A stretch of 63,833 nucleotides of DNA, the filler included, from Chiloscyllium plagiosum (taxonomy: Eukaryota), in NCBI RefSeq assembly GCF_004010195.1. It is 4 parts of one record of this genome, joined end to end, with 100 filler letters (N's around TTAATTAATTAA, not from the genome) between each part and the next. Parts side by side here need not be neighbours in the genome. Positions count along the whole stretch, not along the records: positions 1 to 16,583 come from NC_057715.1; 3 more parts are not named here. One strand, given 5' to 3'. Below are positions 1-12,060 of the stretch, one piece after another. Position 1 is the first letter of the stretch, and every line of letters starts with the position of its first letter. Below the pieces are notes generated by a model. The model had not been told where the DNA came from. It searched no databases and saw only the letters and a program-made list of their open reading frames with translations. The position numbers were made by a program, and so were the translations under genes.

Positions 1-2775
1 GAACATCTGCCTCCAATCAGCTTTTGAAAGTTCTTGCCTAATACCATCAAAATTGGCCTTCCTCCAATTTAGAACATCAACTTTTAGATCTGGTCTGTTC
101 TTTTCCATCATTATTTTAAATCTAATAGAATTATGGTCGCTGGCCCCAAAGTGCTCCCCCACTGACACCTCAGTCACCTGCTCTGCCTTATTTCCCAAGA
201 GTAGGTCAAGTTTTGCACCTTCTCTAGTAGGTACATCCACATACTGAATCAGAAAATTGTACACACTTCACAAATTCCTCTCTATCTAAACCCTTAACAC
301 TATGGCAGTCCCAGTCTATGTTTGGAAAGTTAAAATCCCCTACCATAACCACCCTATTATTCTTACAGATAGCTGAGATCTCCTCAATTTCCCTTTGGGG
401 GAAATTGGGGGGGAAATTGGGAAATTAGGGGGTCTATACAATACAATTGCAATAAGGTGATCATCCCTTTCTTATTTCTCAGTTCCACCCAAATAACTTC
501 CCTGGATGTATTTCTAGGAATATCCTCCCTCAGCACAGCTGTAATGCTATCCCTTATCAAAAATGCCACTCCCCTCCTCTTTTGCCTCCCTTTCTATCCT
601 TCCTGTAGCATTTGTATCCAGGAACATTAATCTGCCAGTCCTGCCCATCCCTGACCCATGTTTCTGGAATTGCTATGATATCCCAATCCCATGTTCCTAA
701 CCATTCCCTGAGTTCATCTGCCTTCCCTATTAGGCCCCTTGTATTGAAATAAATGCAGTTTAATTTATTAGTACTACCTTGTCCCTGCTTGCCCTGACTG
801 TTTGACTTGCTTCTGTTCTCAACTGTATCAGTTTCAGATTGATCTCTTTCCTCACGATCTCCCTCGGTCCCACCCCTCTACCTTACTAGTTTAAATCCTC
901 CCGAGCATCTCCAGCAAATCTCCCTGCCAGTATATTATTCTCTTTCCAATTTAGGTGCAACCTGTCCTTCTTGTACAGGCCACTTCTACCCCAAAAGAGA
1001 TTCCAATGATCCAAAAATGTGAATCCTTCTCCCGTACACCAGCTCCTCAGCCATGCATTCATCCGCTCTATCCTCCTAATACTGCCCTCACTAGCTCGTA
1101 GCACCGGGAGTAATCCAGATATTACTACTCTCGAGGTCCTCCTTTTTAAATTTCTGCCTAACTTTCTGTAAACTCCCTTCAGAATCTCAACCTTTTCCCT
1201 TCCTATATCATTGGTTCCAATGTGGACAATTACCTCTTTCTGTCCCCTCTCCCCCGTGAGAACATTTTGCACCCTCTCTGAGACATCCTTAATCCTGGCA
1301 CCAGGGAAGCAACACACCATTCTGATTTTTCGCTGCTGGCCACAGAAACGTCTGTCTGTACCTCAGACTAGAGAATCCCCTAACGCAATTGATCTCTTGG
1401 AACCCAACGTACCCCTCGTTGCATTAGAGCCAGTCTCAATACCAGAAACTTGGCTGTTCGTGCTACGTTCCCCTGAGAATCCATCACCCCCTACATTTTC
1501 CAAAACAGCATACCTGTTTGCAATGGGTATGTCCACAAAAGACTCCTGCCCTCGGTGCCGACTTCTCTTACCCTTCCTGGAGTTAACCCATCTATGTGAC
1601 TGTATCTGAGACTTTCCCCTCTTCCCATAACTACCATCCATCACATACTGTTGCTGTTGCAAATTCCTCATCGCTTCTATCTGTTTCGCCAACCGATCCA
1701 CTCGACCTGATAAGATTTGCATCCAACAGCATTTATGGCAAATATAATCCGCAGTAACCCTTAAACTCTCTTTAAACTCCCACATCTGACAAGAAGTACA
1801 TATCACTGCAAAGGCCATTTTTGCNNNNNNNNNNNNNNNNNNNNNNNNNNNNNNNNNNNNNNNNNNNNNNNNNNNNNNNNNNNNNNNNNNNNNNNNNNNN
1901 NNNNNNNNNNNNNNNNNNNNNNNNNNNNNNNNNNNNNNNNNNNNNNNNNNNNNNNNNNNNNNNNNNNNNNNNNNNNNNNNNNNNNNNNNNNNNNNNNNNN
2001 NNNNNNNNNNNNNNNNNNNNNNNNNNNNNNNNNNNNNNNNNNNNNNNNNNNNNNNNNNNNNNNNNNNNNNNNNNNNNNNNNNNNNNNNNNNNNNNNNNNN
2101 NNNNNNNNNNNNNNNNNNNNNNNNNNNNNNNNNNNNNNNNNNNNNNNNNNNNNNNNNNNNNNNNNNNNNNNNNNNNNNNNNNNNNNNNNNNNNNNNNNNN
2201 NNNNNNNNNNNNNNNNNNNNNNNNNNNNNNNNNNNNNNNNNNNCCAACAGCATTTATGGCAGATATAATCCGCAGTAACCCTTAAACTCTCTTTAAACTC
2301 CCACATCTGACAAGAAGTACATCTCACTGCAAAGGCCATTTTTGCTCCTTCACAATCTACAGACCCAGAAAATAACACTGTCTTATTCCTCTACAAACAT
2401 TGCCCCAGGTTAAATTAATAGTTATGGCTTATATTTTAAGTTTAATCAAGAGACATATTTCCAAAAACTTATAATCAAGATAGAACCCACTCTACTCACT
2501 ACTGCAGATTATCTGTAGGCCACACTTAAAACAACGATTAACTTATCTGATTCGTGCTGTAAACTTTGCCCAACAGTACCTCCAAGATCAGTTGTGAATT
2601 TCACTGTTTGTTAGTTTTCCCAGATGCACTCCGATGTCCAATGATACATGAATTCAAAAAGCAAAAGTGTTAACTGTGCAGGAAATCACCTCCAGCACCT
2701 AAAATACCTCAAAAAAGGAGCAGCAATTACTGCCAGAAATTTTTCCCATCTTCCACCTTTGATTACCCAGAATCC
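1..2775 (-). mobile_element. CR1-clade LINE with 5' end present: 5'UTR, ORF1 and start of the ORF2 APE endonuclease; continues off the left edge
   Basis: Minus-strand ORF1 with CxxC..CxxC and SGNH motifs. Downstream ORF2 endonuclease remnants (VIWVELRNKKGMITLL, then the GDFNFP region). 5'UTR about 2346-2775. Confidence 0.92.
886..1818 (-). pseudogene. CR1 ORF1 (zinc finger, coiled coil, SGNH/GDSL esterase) with one in-frame stop
   Basis: MAFAVICTSC...YICHKC...ALGDSLV*GTDRRFCG...HIGTND...DRLHL. Track ORFs 1363..2253 and 886..1320 are in the same frame, separated by a TGA at 1363-1365. Confidence 0.9.
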
Positions 2776-3544
2776 TTGAGCTTGAATGGCATGTTAGTTA
2801 AATTCACTTCTAGTTTTTCCCACTCGTTGTCATGCATGGATTTCAGAGGTCTGCACAGCAGCTGGAGAAATTAGAGGGAACATAGACTCTTATAAACTCC
2901 CCCACCCACACATGTGTACATATAGACATAAATAGGAAAAGGAATTGGGTGTTGTGGGCTCAAAGAAAGACAGGGACTGGTAACCCAGTGGTTCTTGCCC
3001 ACAGGATTTGCTGAAATAATTCTTGTACTGATCAGAACACTGCTTCTTGATCATCCTTCTCTAGACACTTCCACTTGTTTTCAGAAGGCATAGGGTGGCT
3101 GGCTCACAGTTATGGAGGTCCTTGATTTATCAGTTAAAAGTCACAGGTTACAACTGGAAAGGGGAAATAAACTTGTTGTTTTCAGGTTTGAGTTGCTACT
3201 GTTGACAATGTTATCAAACTATAACATTTCTTGTGGTCCTTTCTCTATCTGTCAGCTAAGCAACACTTCGACTCTCCTTAAACACCTCACAGTTTTGGAC
3301 TCCACAGCTAGACCATGAAGATATTGCCTTAATTGCTTAGTGACTCCAAAATTAGAACAAAATACTTGAATTCTAATTTCTCTATGCTTCTGGTTCCACA
3401 TCCTTTCCAGCTTCTGGCAAATTCTTTCGTAGTCCCTCATTCCATTCTCATCTCTTCTAATCACCACTAGACCCAGACACCTTGATAAAACCCAAAGCCA
3501 AGTCAATATGTCTCCTTTCAAACTATTCCTAAAGAAATTCAAAG

Positions 3545-4215
3545 GGATTTGGGAGTCGTCATGTGTAAATCACAAAAAGTGATCATCCAAGTCCAACAGG
3601 TAATAGGGAAGTCTCATACAATGTTGGCCTTTATTTCAAAGGGAATAGATTATTAAAATAGGGAGGTCTTGCTAAAACTGTACAAGACGTTAGACAAATC
3701 ATAGTTTAAATACAGTGAACAGTTTTGGTTACCTTTAGCTATAAGGAATGGTATATAGACCTTGGAGCCCAGCGAAGGTACACCCAGCTGATGCTAGGTA
3801 TGGAGACACTGTCATATATGAAGAGTTTCAGTAGGTTAAGCCCATACTTTTTGAAATTTAGAAGATATACTGAAACATACAACCTTTATAAAGTAGATGC
3901 AGAAAGGTTGTTACTGCTTGTGAGAGAGTCAAGGACCACCAGAGTGCATAATCTCAGAATAAGGGATCGCACATTTAAGACTGCAATCAGGAGGAATTTC
4001 TTCTTCTAGAGGTAGTGAATCTGTGGATTTTTTTATTGTGGAGGCTGGGTCACTGCATATATTCAAGGTTGAGATAGATAGATTTTTATTGGAATCAAGA
4101 GATAAGGGGAAGAGGCAGGAATCTGGAGTTAAGGTGTATCACATTGTGTGGTGGAGTAAACACGACATGCTGAATAGTGTTTTTCTACTCATATGTCCTT
4201 ATGATCTTAATGTTG
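3545..4215 (+). mobile_element. Degraded CR1 LINE 3' fragment
   Basis: LYKTL..., HNLRIR...FKT.IRRNFF remnants and a CR1-type 3' tail. Confidence 0.8.
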
Positions 4216-5479
4216 CATGTCTGGTATATCCAGACCTGAGGTTTAGACTAATAGACACCAATCTCCTAAATTCCTCTTTGTTCTAAGAATCCAATTGTTA
4301 ATTTAAATCCCTCATTAAGACAGTTATAAATTACTTGTATTATCAAGAAGCACCAGGAGGTAGCCTATTGTTTAATATCCAATACTTCCCACTATGACCT
4401 TGTTAAAAAAGTGAACCATCCTATGCATTGCAATCACTTAGATTTGTTTATGAGCTTCTCAAGCTAGGTGTTTTCATTTATCATACAATTAAACATTTCA
4501 AACTAAGTTTCCAAACTAAGAATCATATCACGAAAACACAAGTCATAAAATTAGAAATTCATAACAAATACTAATAATTGAGTCCTGAAAATATTGCCTT
4601 TTACAAACAGGTTTTTTTCAAACCTCATTTTTGTGAATTTAACAAGAAATTGTTGAGGGAACATGAAATGTTATTTCTAGTATAATGGCAGAAAACCAAA
4701 TTGAACATTTGTGCAGGTTGATTGCAACACAAACTCTGCTCCTGCTGCTATTTAGCATCTTGCCTGAAGCTCTGCATCGCTGAAAATGCAGCATTCCCCA
4801 CACGTTACTTTTTGTGATTCTGTTCTCAGCACCAGAAATGTTCATCAGGAGATCCCATCTACTCCCTAATTAAAGCCAACTAAAGTTATTAAAGACCTTC
4901 TTATAAATGGTTAAAAGGGATTGTTCAGACTTTCACAGACTCACATAAGCTGCATGCACTGTGTTGGGCAATCAGCTGAGTTGATAAAGAAGAACCAGTC
5001 ATGGCACTTCCAGGGAATTATCCCAGTTTCATAAAAGGTTAAAAAGCACTGAAGGGTAAGTGGCCTTTGGGAAAGCAAGACAACGAATGGGGAGAATAGG
5101 CTGTTCAGTGCAAGGACAGCACAGATGTCTAATGCCCTCCTGACATTATGGGGTTGAGTGGGTGGGTGAGGTGACAAGGCAAACAAAAACAATTGAATAA
5201 TGTGCCATGCACAAGAGAGGCTGCAGCTGGCACTGGAGATGCTATTGACTGATTTTGGACTGAGTTGCAACGAGCTCCCATTGCGTTAAAGACAAGACCA
5301 TGAACAGTAAGGACAATACCAGGACCCTGGAAAGAAATGAGAGGCAAGAAAGCAATGGAGTTCATACTTTCAACATGATAGCTCTGTCTTTGGTAGTAGG
5401 TACCTGGAGATGATCAACACCCAGCACCACTGGTGACTGCAACCATCTTTATAGGCAGATGGTCTCAGATTTTGTCATC

Positions 5480-6540
5480 AATGACTAGCATTCCTTGCCA
5501 TGCTCAGCGACTAGCATTCAAAGTGCTACTGACCTTTGAGTTTCTTCATTTCTGGCTTCTTCAAAGGATCGACCATGGACATTTGTGGCATCTAGCAAAC
5601 AGTAGCATACCAATGCATCTCAGTGGTCACTGACCCCTTCTTCACCATTGCTGTCACTTCAGGCACAGAGGGCAGTAACTTTCATCATCATCTCTGGGTT
5701 GCCCCAGATGCAGGACATCATTGACTGTATTCACATGGCCATCAAGCCACTCATCGACCAGCTAGTGAGATGGGCTTCCATTCCCTCAACATTTAATAGG
5801 TCCGTGATCACAGCACAAGCTCACTGCCTCTGGGCACTGTTCTCGAGGCAGATGTTGTGATTCCTTCATATTAAAAAAAATACTAGATTGGGCCTGTGCC
5901 CACTGAAGTTTAGAAAAATGAGAGGAAACATTATTGAAACGTACAAAATTCCTAGGGGACCAACCAAGATAAATGTGGAAAGTTGGTTTCCTCTTGCGGG
6001 AGAGTCTTAAGACCAGGGGGCATAATCTCAAAATAAGGGCTCACCCCCATGGAAGACAGATGTGAGGAGGAATTTCTCTCTCAAAGGGTAGTAAATTTGT
6101 GGAATTCTTTACTGCAGAGGGCTAATGAGGCTGGGTCATTAAGCATATTCAAAGCATGATTTTTAATCAATATGGAAATTAAGAACTATGAGAAGAAGGC
6201 AGCAAAGTGAACTTGAGAGTTATCAGATCAACCATGATCTCATTAGATGGTAAAGCAGACTCAAAGGGCTGAATGGCCTACTTCTACTTCTCGTGGCTTA
6301 TGGTCTTATTCTGCGGCAGTCCAGGATGTCATTGCTCTTCATTCCAGCCTCCAAAGTGTGAGAATAGATCCTAGGAGACAAACGATATTCCTTGAAGACA
6401 TATCAACTCATCCCTTTATGGGAGGTCCAGACAGAAGCACAAGCTGCCTAGTAGGGCAACCATTGAGCATGCCTCGGCCTGTCAAGTAACATCTAGCAGT
6501 GCCCTCCTGAAATGGTTCTGCAGATGATATGAGCCCTGTG
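5480..6540 (+). pseudogene. Fossil PIF/Harbinger (HARBI1-like) DDE transposase, split by a CR1 insertion
   Basis: SGLPQMQDIIDCIHMAIK resembles GFP.V.G.IDCTHIAIK. DSFI (to 5870) rejoins LRQS (from 6311), followed by ILGDKRYSLKT (LGDKGYPL-like) and RATIEHA. Confidence 0.8.
5871..6310 (+). mobile_element. CR1 LINE 3' fragment inserted in the Harbinger fossil
   Basis: IETYKI..., RGHNLKIRA motifs and a 3' tail ending GGCTTATGGTCTTATT. Confidence 0.85.
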
Positions 6541-7714
6541 CACTATGAGGCTCTCACCACAGAGCTCATTGGATGAAGGGCAGGAGTAGGAGTTGGATGA
6601 GGAGGCAGAGTGGCTGGATCCTGAACAGAGATGTGCCCGGCTGATAAAAGAGGTGACTGGGATGACCCAGGCTGGACAGAGCTGAATGGCTTTGTATATG
6701 ATGAATGTCAGAGATCATTTGAGAAAGGAGTATTTCAATAGAAAGAATCTTAGTCTTGGATACCTGTGCTAAAACTTCCATTGAAGATGCAGTTACAAAC
6801 ATCCAAAATCTTATCAACAATGAAGGAAGCACATCTGTCCTAGGGATTTGTTTCTACTGTGGAAGCACCACCTTGGGCCACTTTTCCTGTCATTCCAGCA
6901 ACAAAAGGAGTCTCCGAAGTATAGCTTAAAGTATCATCACTGACATAACTCAAAGAAATGGTATGCATGTAACATTGAATCTTGACATGGAGGTTGTGAA
7001 ATATAGTCAGAGTCTAGGCATATGCTTTTATGATCAGAATTTTATTTCAACTCACACACATCAGAAACAAAATGAACCATTTTGTAAAGTACTGTGTGGT
7101 TCCTTTCACAATCCACATTGCTAAAGCGGTTTCCTTCTATTGTATTAGTAACTATTAGATTCATAGTTACAGTGATAGTTCTAGATTCTTCATTAGCAAA
7201 TTACCCCCCCCCCCCCCCCCCACCACCACAACGAATCAGTGAGAATTTTTCCAGTGATCCATGCCCAGTCCCTATTCCCATTTTGATCATATTGTCCACA
7301 ATTACTTACTCATCTTTACTGAGTATTATTGTTGACTGTCTAATCTCCAGAATATAAAATTAATCTTTTACTTCTTTATCCCACACCTTGCTAACCACAA
7401 CCTTATTGAAACCCTTGGTTAAAGATAGATGTATCCAAGGCCCTGGCTGTGTCCTTCAGTATTTCTTGCAAATCTCACACCTATCACTTATTTCTTTCAT
7501 ATGAGACCATTAGATTTTTCATTCCTTATTCTTCCATTCTTCACTAAACCTTTCAACTTTTGGACGATGGATGGACAAATTACTTATGCAGTTAACTTCT
7601 TGTTTGCTAAAATTCTGCCTCCTGGCATACTTGAAAATGGACCCAGAAATCCATGAACTTAAAGGCAAAAATGCTGTTTTCACCCAAGGCTGATACCTTG
7701 GCAAAGTGTTAGAA

Positions 7715-8126
7715 GCTGTTTTCCCTGGAGCTTCAGAGGCTGAGGGGTGACCTCATAGAGGTTTGTAAAATCATGAGGGGCATGGATAGGATAAACAGAC
7801 AAGGTCTTTTCCCTGAGGTGGGTGAGTCCAAAACTAGAGGCCATAGATTCAGGGTGAAAGGGGAACGATATAAAAAGGAATTAAGGGTGCAACTTTTTCA
7901 CGCAGAGGGTGGTGTGTGTGTGGAATAAGCTGCCAGAGGAAGTGGTGGAAGCTAGTACAATTGCAGCATTTAAAAAGCATCTGGATAGGTATATGAATAG
8001 GAAGGGTTTAGAGAGATATGGGCCAAGTGCTGGCAAATGTGACTAAATTAGGTTAAGATAACTGGTCGGAATGGAGAAGGTGTACCGAAGGGTCAGTTTC
8101 CATGTTGTATATCTCTATGACTCTAA
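7715..8126 (+). mobile_element. CR1 LINE 3' end
   Basis: RLRGDLIEVCKIMRGMDR...FFTQRVV.VWNKLPEEVV and a CTCTATGACTCTA tail. Confidence 0.9.
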
Positions 8127-8549
8127 GTTATGAACACCCTTTAAGCCATATTCAAGACAAAGAGAAAATTAAAAAGAAGAAAATGGAGGAAAAAAAATAG
8201 AAAGAGCTGGCCCAATAACGAATTTGTGAGGAACTCTTGGATGTTTCAAAATAACACATACACATTGGCCCCACAATTTGGATTGCAGTTATAAACAGCA
8301 TTCCCTCTAATTTTCTTTCCAACTGCGTGGCCTTCACGTCCTAGTATGGCAACGACATTCACAAACACGAACGAATGCTGGATTAGCATGCTAACACCAA
8401 TGAACAGTGTGCAAAACAATCTTGGCAGAACGGCATGCATTCCTCACAGTTTATAGGAACTTATTTTTGAGTTTGATTAGACTTAGAAGTACACACTTAA
8501 CTTGTGATTGGTTCTGACCTGGAATTTTCTATACAAGAGCCTCCCGTAA

Positions 8550-8884
8550 GGGCGGCATGGTAGCTCAGTGGTTAGCACTGCTGCCTCACAGCACCAGGGA
8601 CCCCGGTTCAATTCCCGCCTCGGGCAACTGATATGTGTAGTTTGCACATTCTCCCCGAGTCTGTTTGGGTTTCCTCCGGATGCTCCGGTTTCCTCCCACA
8701 GTCCAAAGATATGCAGGTTAGATGAATTGGCTATGCTAAATTGCCCGTAGTGTTAGGTGCATTAGTCAGGAGTAAATGTAGGGGAATGGTCCTGGGTGGG
8801 TTGCTCTTCGGAGGGTCGATGTGAACTTGTTGGGCCGAAGGGCCTGTTTCCACACTGTTTGGAATCTAATCAAATCTAATCAAA
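8550..8884 (+). mobile_element. HE1-like (V-SINE) tRNA-derived SINE, full length
   Basis: Pol III A box TAGCTCAGTGG (8561-8571), B box GGTTCAATTCC (8605-8615), V-domain-like core GTTTCCTCCCACAGTCCAAAGA, CR1-like tail and TCTAA-type repeats. Confidence 0.9.
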
Positions 8885-9916
8885 CTGAAATGTGAAGACG
8901 AATCCGTGAATGCTCCCAGACAGAGCAGAGTAAGTAAGCCATATTCTGTAATCTAAATGTCCTGCAGCCACATGACAGCTACTGTGTAAAGTAAATCTGA
9001 AAAGTAAGTGTGGGAGATAAGAAATGACATAAATAGGGAGTCAAGTGACTGGGTACTAAGGGTGGAAGGTGTGTTTAGGCGCCAAGTAGGGGAGAGCCCA
9101 TCTGAGTTAGTGAAATAAAGTGGTAGGTGGGTTAGGATGCCAAGTGGCTTGGTGAAGCAGAGTGCCATTGGGGAGTAAATGTTGTGGGAGGTAAGCAGCA
9201 GCTGGGCTAGTGGCTTCAAATGGCAAGTGAGTTAGGTGCATAGGCTGGTAGGTGGCTTAGTGTCGGAGAGTGCCAGGTGGCTTATTGAGTAGGGCTTCAA
9301 GTACATTAGAAGACAGGATGGCAGGTGGATGAAGAGTGGCATGTAAATAAGGGAGCTTGGGATAAATTGAGGGCTTTAGATCAGTGGTTACCTGGGAGTT
9401 AGAGCAGGCTTTTATCCATCTAATTTCTCCTGAGTAACTATTAAGCTAATGTAAATAGGTTCGAGAGGCTGAATGTGCTACTTTTGTTCCTATGTTCCTA
9501 TTAATTGAATCCTTTGAAATCTCAGAAAATTAAGAGGCATTTTTGAAGGATTCCAGGTATTTCAATTTCTTTGGAAACCCCAATGGAATTAACTGAAAAA
9601 AAGATGACCATATAGAAAGTAGAATTTCATCATCGTTGCTAAGTGGAGAATTTCTAGGATGTGCATTAAATTCACTACATCTTCAAATGCACTTGAAATA
9701 CAAGTCACAAATTAGAAAGCACCAATTGGCTTGAATTGTAGACACTGAACCACTGTTTCCTTTAGGAAGAGGCTGCTGAGTGAGCTGTCATCTCCTATTA
9801 ATGAATGAAGTTGTACATTTTATGACATTGTGTACGTATCCTCATATTTACTGATGCAAAGTCAATTCAAGTATTATTTTGTCTGCTTTAATTGGATGAA
9901 CCCTCCCAGATAGAAA

Positions 9917-10240
9917 GATTCCTACAATGTTGAAACAGGCCCTTCAGCCCAACATGTCCACATCGACCCTCCAAAGAGTAACTCACCCAGACCCATTCCT
10001 CTACATTTACCCCTGACTACCCCACACATCCCTGAACATTATGGGCAATTCAGCAAGAACAATCCACTTAACCAGCACAACTTTGGATTGTGGGAGGAAA
10101 CTGGAGCACCTGGAAGAAACCCATACAGACTCGAGGAGAATGTGCAAACTCCACACAGGCAGTCACCTGAGGCTGGAATTGAACCCAGGTCCCTGGCGCT
10201 GTGACGTAGCACTGCTAACCACTGAGCCATCATGCCACCC
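9917..10240 (-). mobile_element. HE1-like SINE
   Basis: Reverse complement has the same head, core and tail as 8550-8884. Confidence 0.9.
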
Positions 10241-10899
10241 CAGAGAATGAATTTATCCTGAATCTTAACAGATAATGCTCAGGAGAATGCCCACAGAAAG
10301 TCAGCCTCACGGTGCTGGTAAAAAAAAACTAAATCGACCCTTAAAAAAAGTGGGAATTATAAACTAAGGAAATCTCAAATTGAACATAGTAGTAGTAGTA
10401 CTTCACATTTACAGTTCAGAGGGAATAGTCTGTCTCCTATCCAGACTCAATGGAACCAAGCAGAAAATAAATCAATATTTCTTTTTTTTCATTTTGTTGA
10501 AGTGGAGGATAGAGTCCTGGTGCCAATGCAGGCAGGAACAGAACATGGTCTGGAGACATCCTACACATGAATGAAGAGACTGTATAAGATGGATGAAGCA
10601 AATGGGCTGTTTTTGTTCTTGTATTGTTATAAAGCAGGCACTTACTTTCAATTTAGCTTTTAGCTCTTGTTCACAAAGAAAGGAATGGTCAGTTGAAGTA
10701 ATCTTTCTGAAGGATTTGATTTAATTGTCAAATAGAACACTAACTTAAAATACCATTATCCTCATGAAGAAACATTTCACAAACCTCTTTCATGTTTGCA
10801 AGCACATATAATGTACATCATTATATTGTGCCGTTTTACATGTTTCTATTGTGACAAAGAGTTCTTTGTGCCTCTTAAATTAATTTAAGAGTTGTAGAC

Positions 10900-12060
10900 T
10901 TCACTGACTGGGCCAGCTTTTCTTGCCTTTCTCTAATTGCCCTTGAAGAGATGGGAGGAACTGTCTTCTTGAACTGCTGCAGTCTATTTGGTGTAGGTCA
11001 ATCAGCAATGCTGTTAGGGACACTGTTCCAGGGGTTTGATCCAGTGACACTAAAGGAATGACTCTATACTTCCAAGTCAGGCTGGCGAGTGATTTGGAAG
11101 GGAACCTATAGATGGTGGCATTCCCCTGTACCTGCTGCCCAAGTCCTTCTGTATGATAGTGGTTGTGGGTTTGGAAGATGCTGTTAAGGAGCCTTGGAGA
11201 ATTTCTGTGGTGTGTTGTATAGTTTGAGTTTCCCGCCTCAGGCGACTGACTGTGTGGAGTTTGCACGTTCTCCCCGTGTCTGCGTGGGTTTCCTCTGGGT
11301 GCTCCGGTTTCCTCCCACAGTCCAAAGATGTGCAGGGTCAGGTGAATTGGCCATACAAAATTGCCTGTAGTGTTAGGTAAGGTGTGAATGTGAGGGTATG
11401 GGGTGGGTTTCGCTTCGGCCGGTCGGTGTGGACTTGTTGGGCCGAAGGGCCTGTTTCCACACTGTAATCTAATCTAAATCTAATCTAATACACTGCTGCA
11501 TCAATAGTAGATGGAATGAATGTTTATGGAAGTGGCTAATCAAGTGGGCTGCTTCATCCTTGATGATGTCAAACTTCTTGAGTATTGTTTAAACTGCACT
11601 CATTCAGGTAAATGGAGAGTATTCCACCACTCTCCTGACTTGTGCCTTTTCAGTGGTGGACAGGCTGTGGGGAGTTAGGAAGTGAATTACTCACTGCAGG
11701 AGTTTTAGCTTCTGACCTGCTTTTGTAGCCATTAGATTTCTATGCCTATTCCAGTTCAGTTTCTGGTCAATAGCAGCCCTCAAGACATTGATACTGGGGG
11801 ATTCAGTGACAGTAATGCCTTTGAAAACCAAGCAGTGATGGTTGGACTCTCTCTTGTTGGAGATTACCTGGCACTTGTGTGTGATGAATCTTCCTTACCA
11901 ATTCCCAGCCACAAGTCTGGATATTGTCCAGGTTTTGCCACATTTGGACATGGACTGCTTCAGTATTTAAGGAGTCATCAATGGTGTTGGATATTGTGCC
12001 ATCATCAGTGAACATCTCCATTTCTGATCTTATGATGGAGGAACGTTATTGCTGATGTGC
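10900..12060 (-). mobile_element. Degraded non-LTR retrotransposon 3' portion (CR1/L2 group, a different family from the main CR1), interrupted by a SINE
   Basis: RT remnants MFTDD...QNLDNIQ and a YK...EYSP-like segment. 3' tail CAAGGGCAATTAG...GCTGGCCCAGTCAGTG. Confidence 0.75.
11226..11488 (+). mobile_element. HE1-like SINE, 5' truncated, nested in the LINE
   Basis: Core and tail match the other HE1-like copies; (TCTAA)n end. Confidence 0.88.

Noticed and set aside
1723..2345. 102-bp direct repeat on both sides of the N gap (1723-1824 and 2244-2345), 2 mismatches
   Set aside because: Most likely unmerged overlapping contigs or haplotypes; the CR1 reads continuously once the copies are collapsed.
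8550..8620. tRNA-like sequences with A and B boxes
   Set aside because: These are SINE heads followed by SINE core and tail, not tRNA genes.
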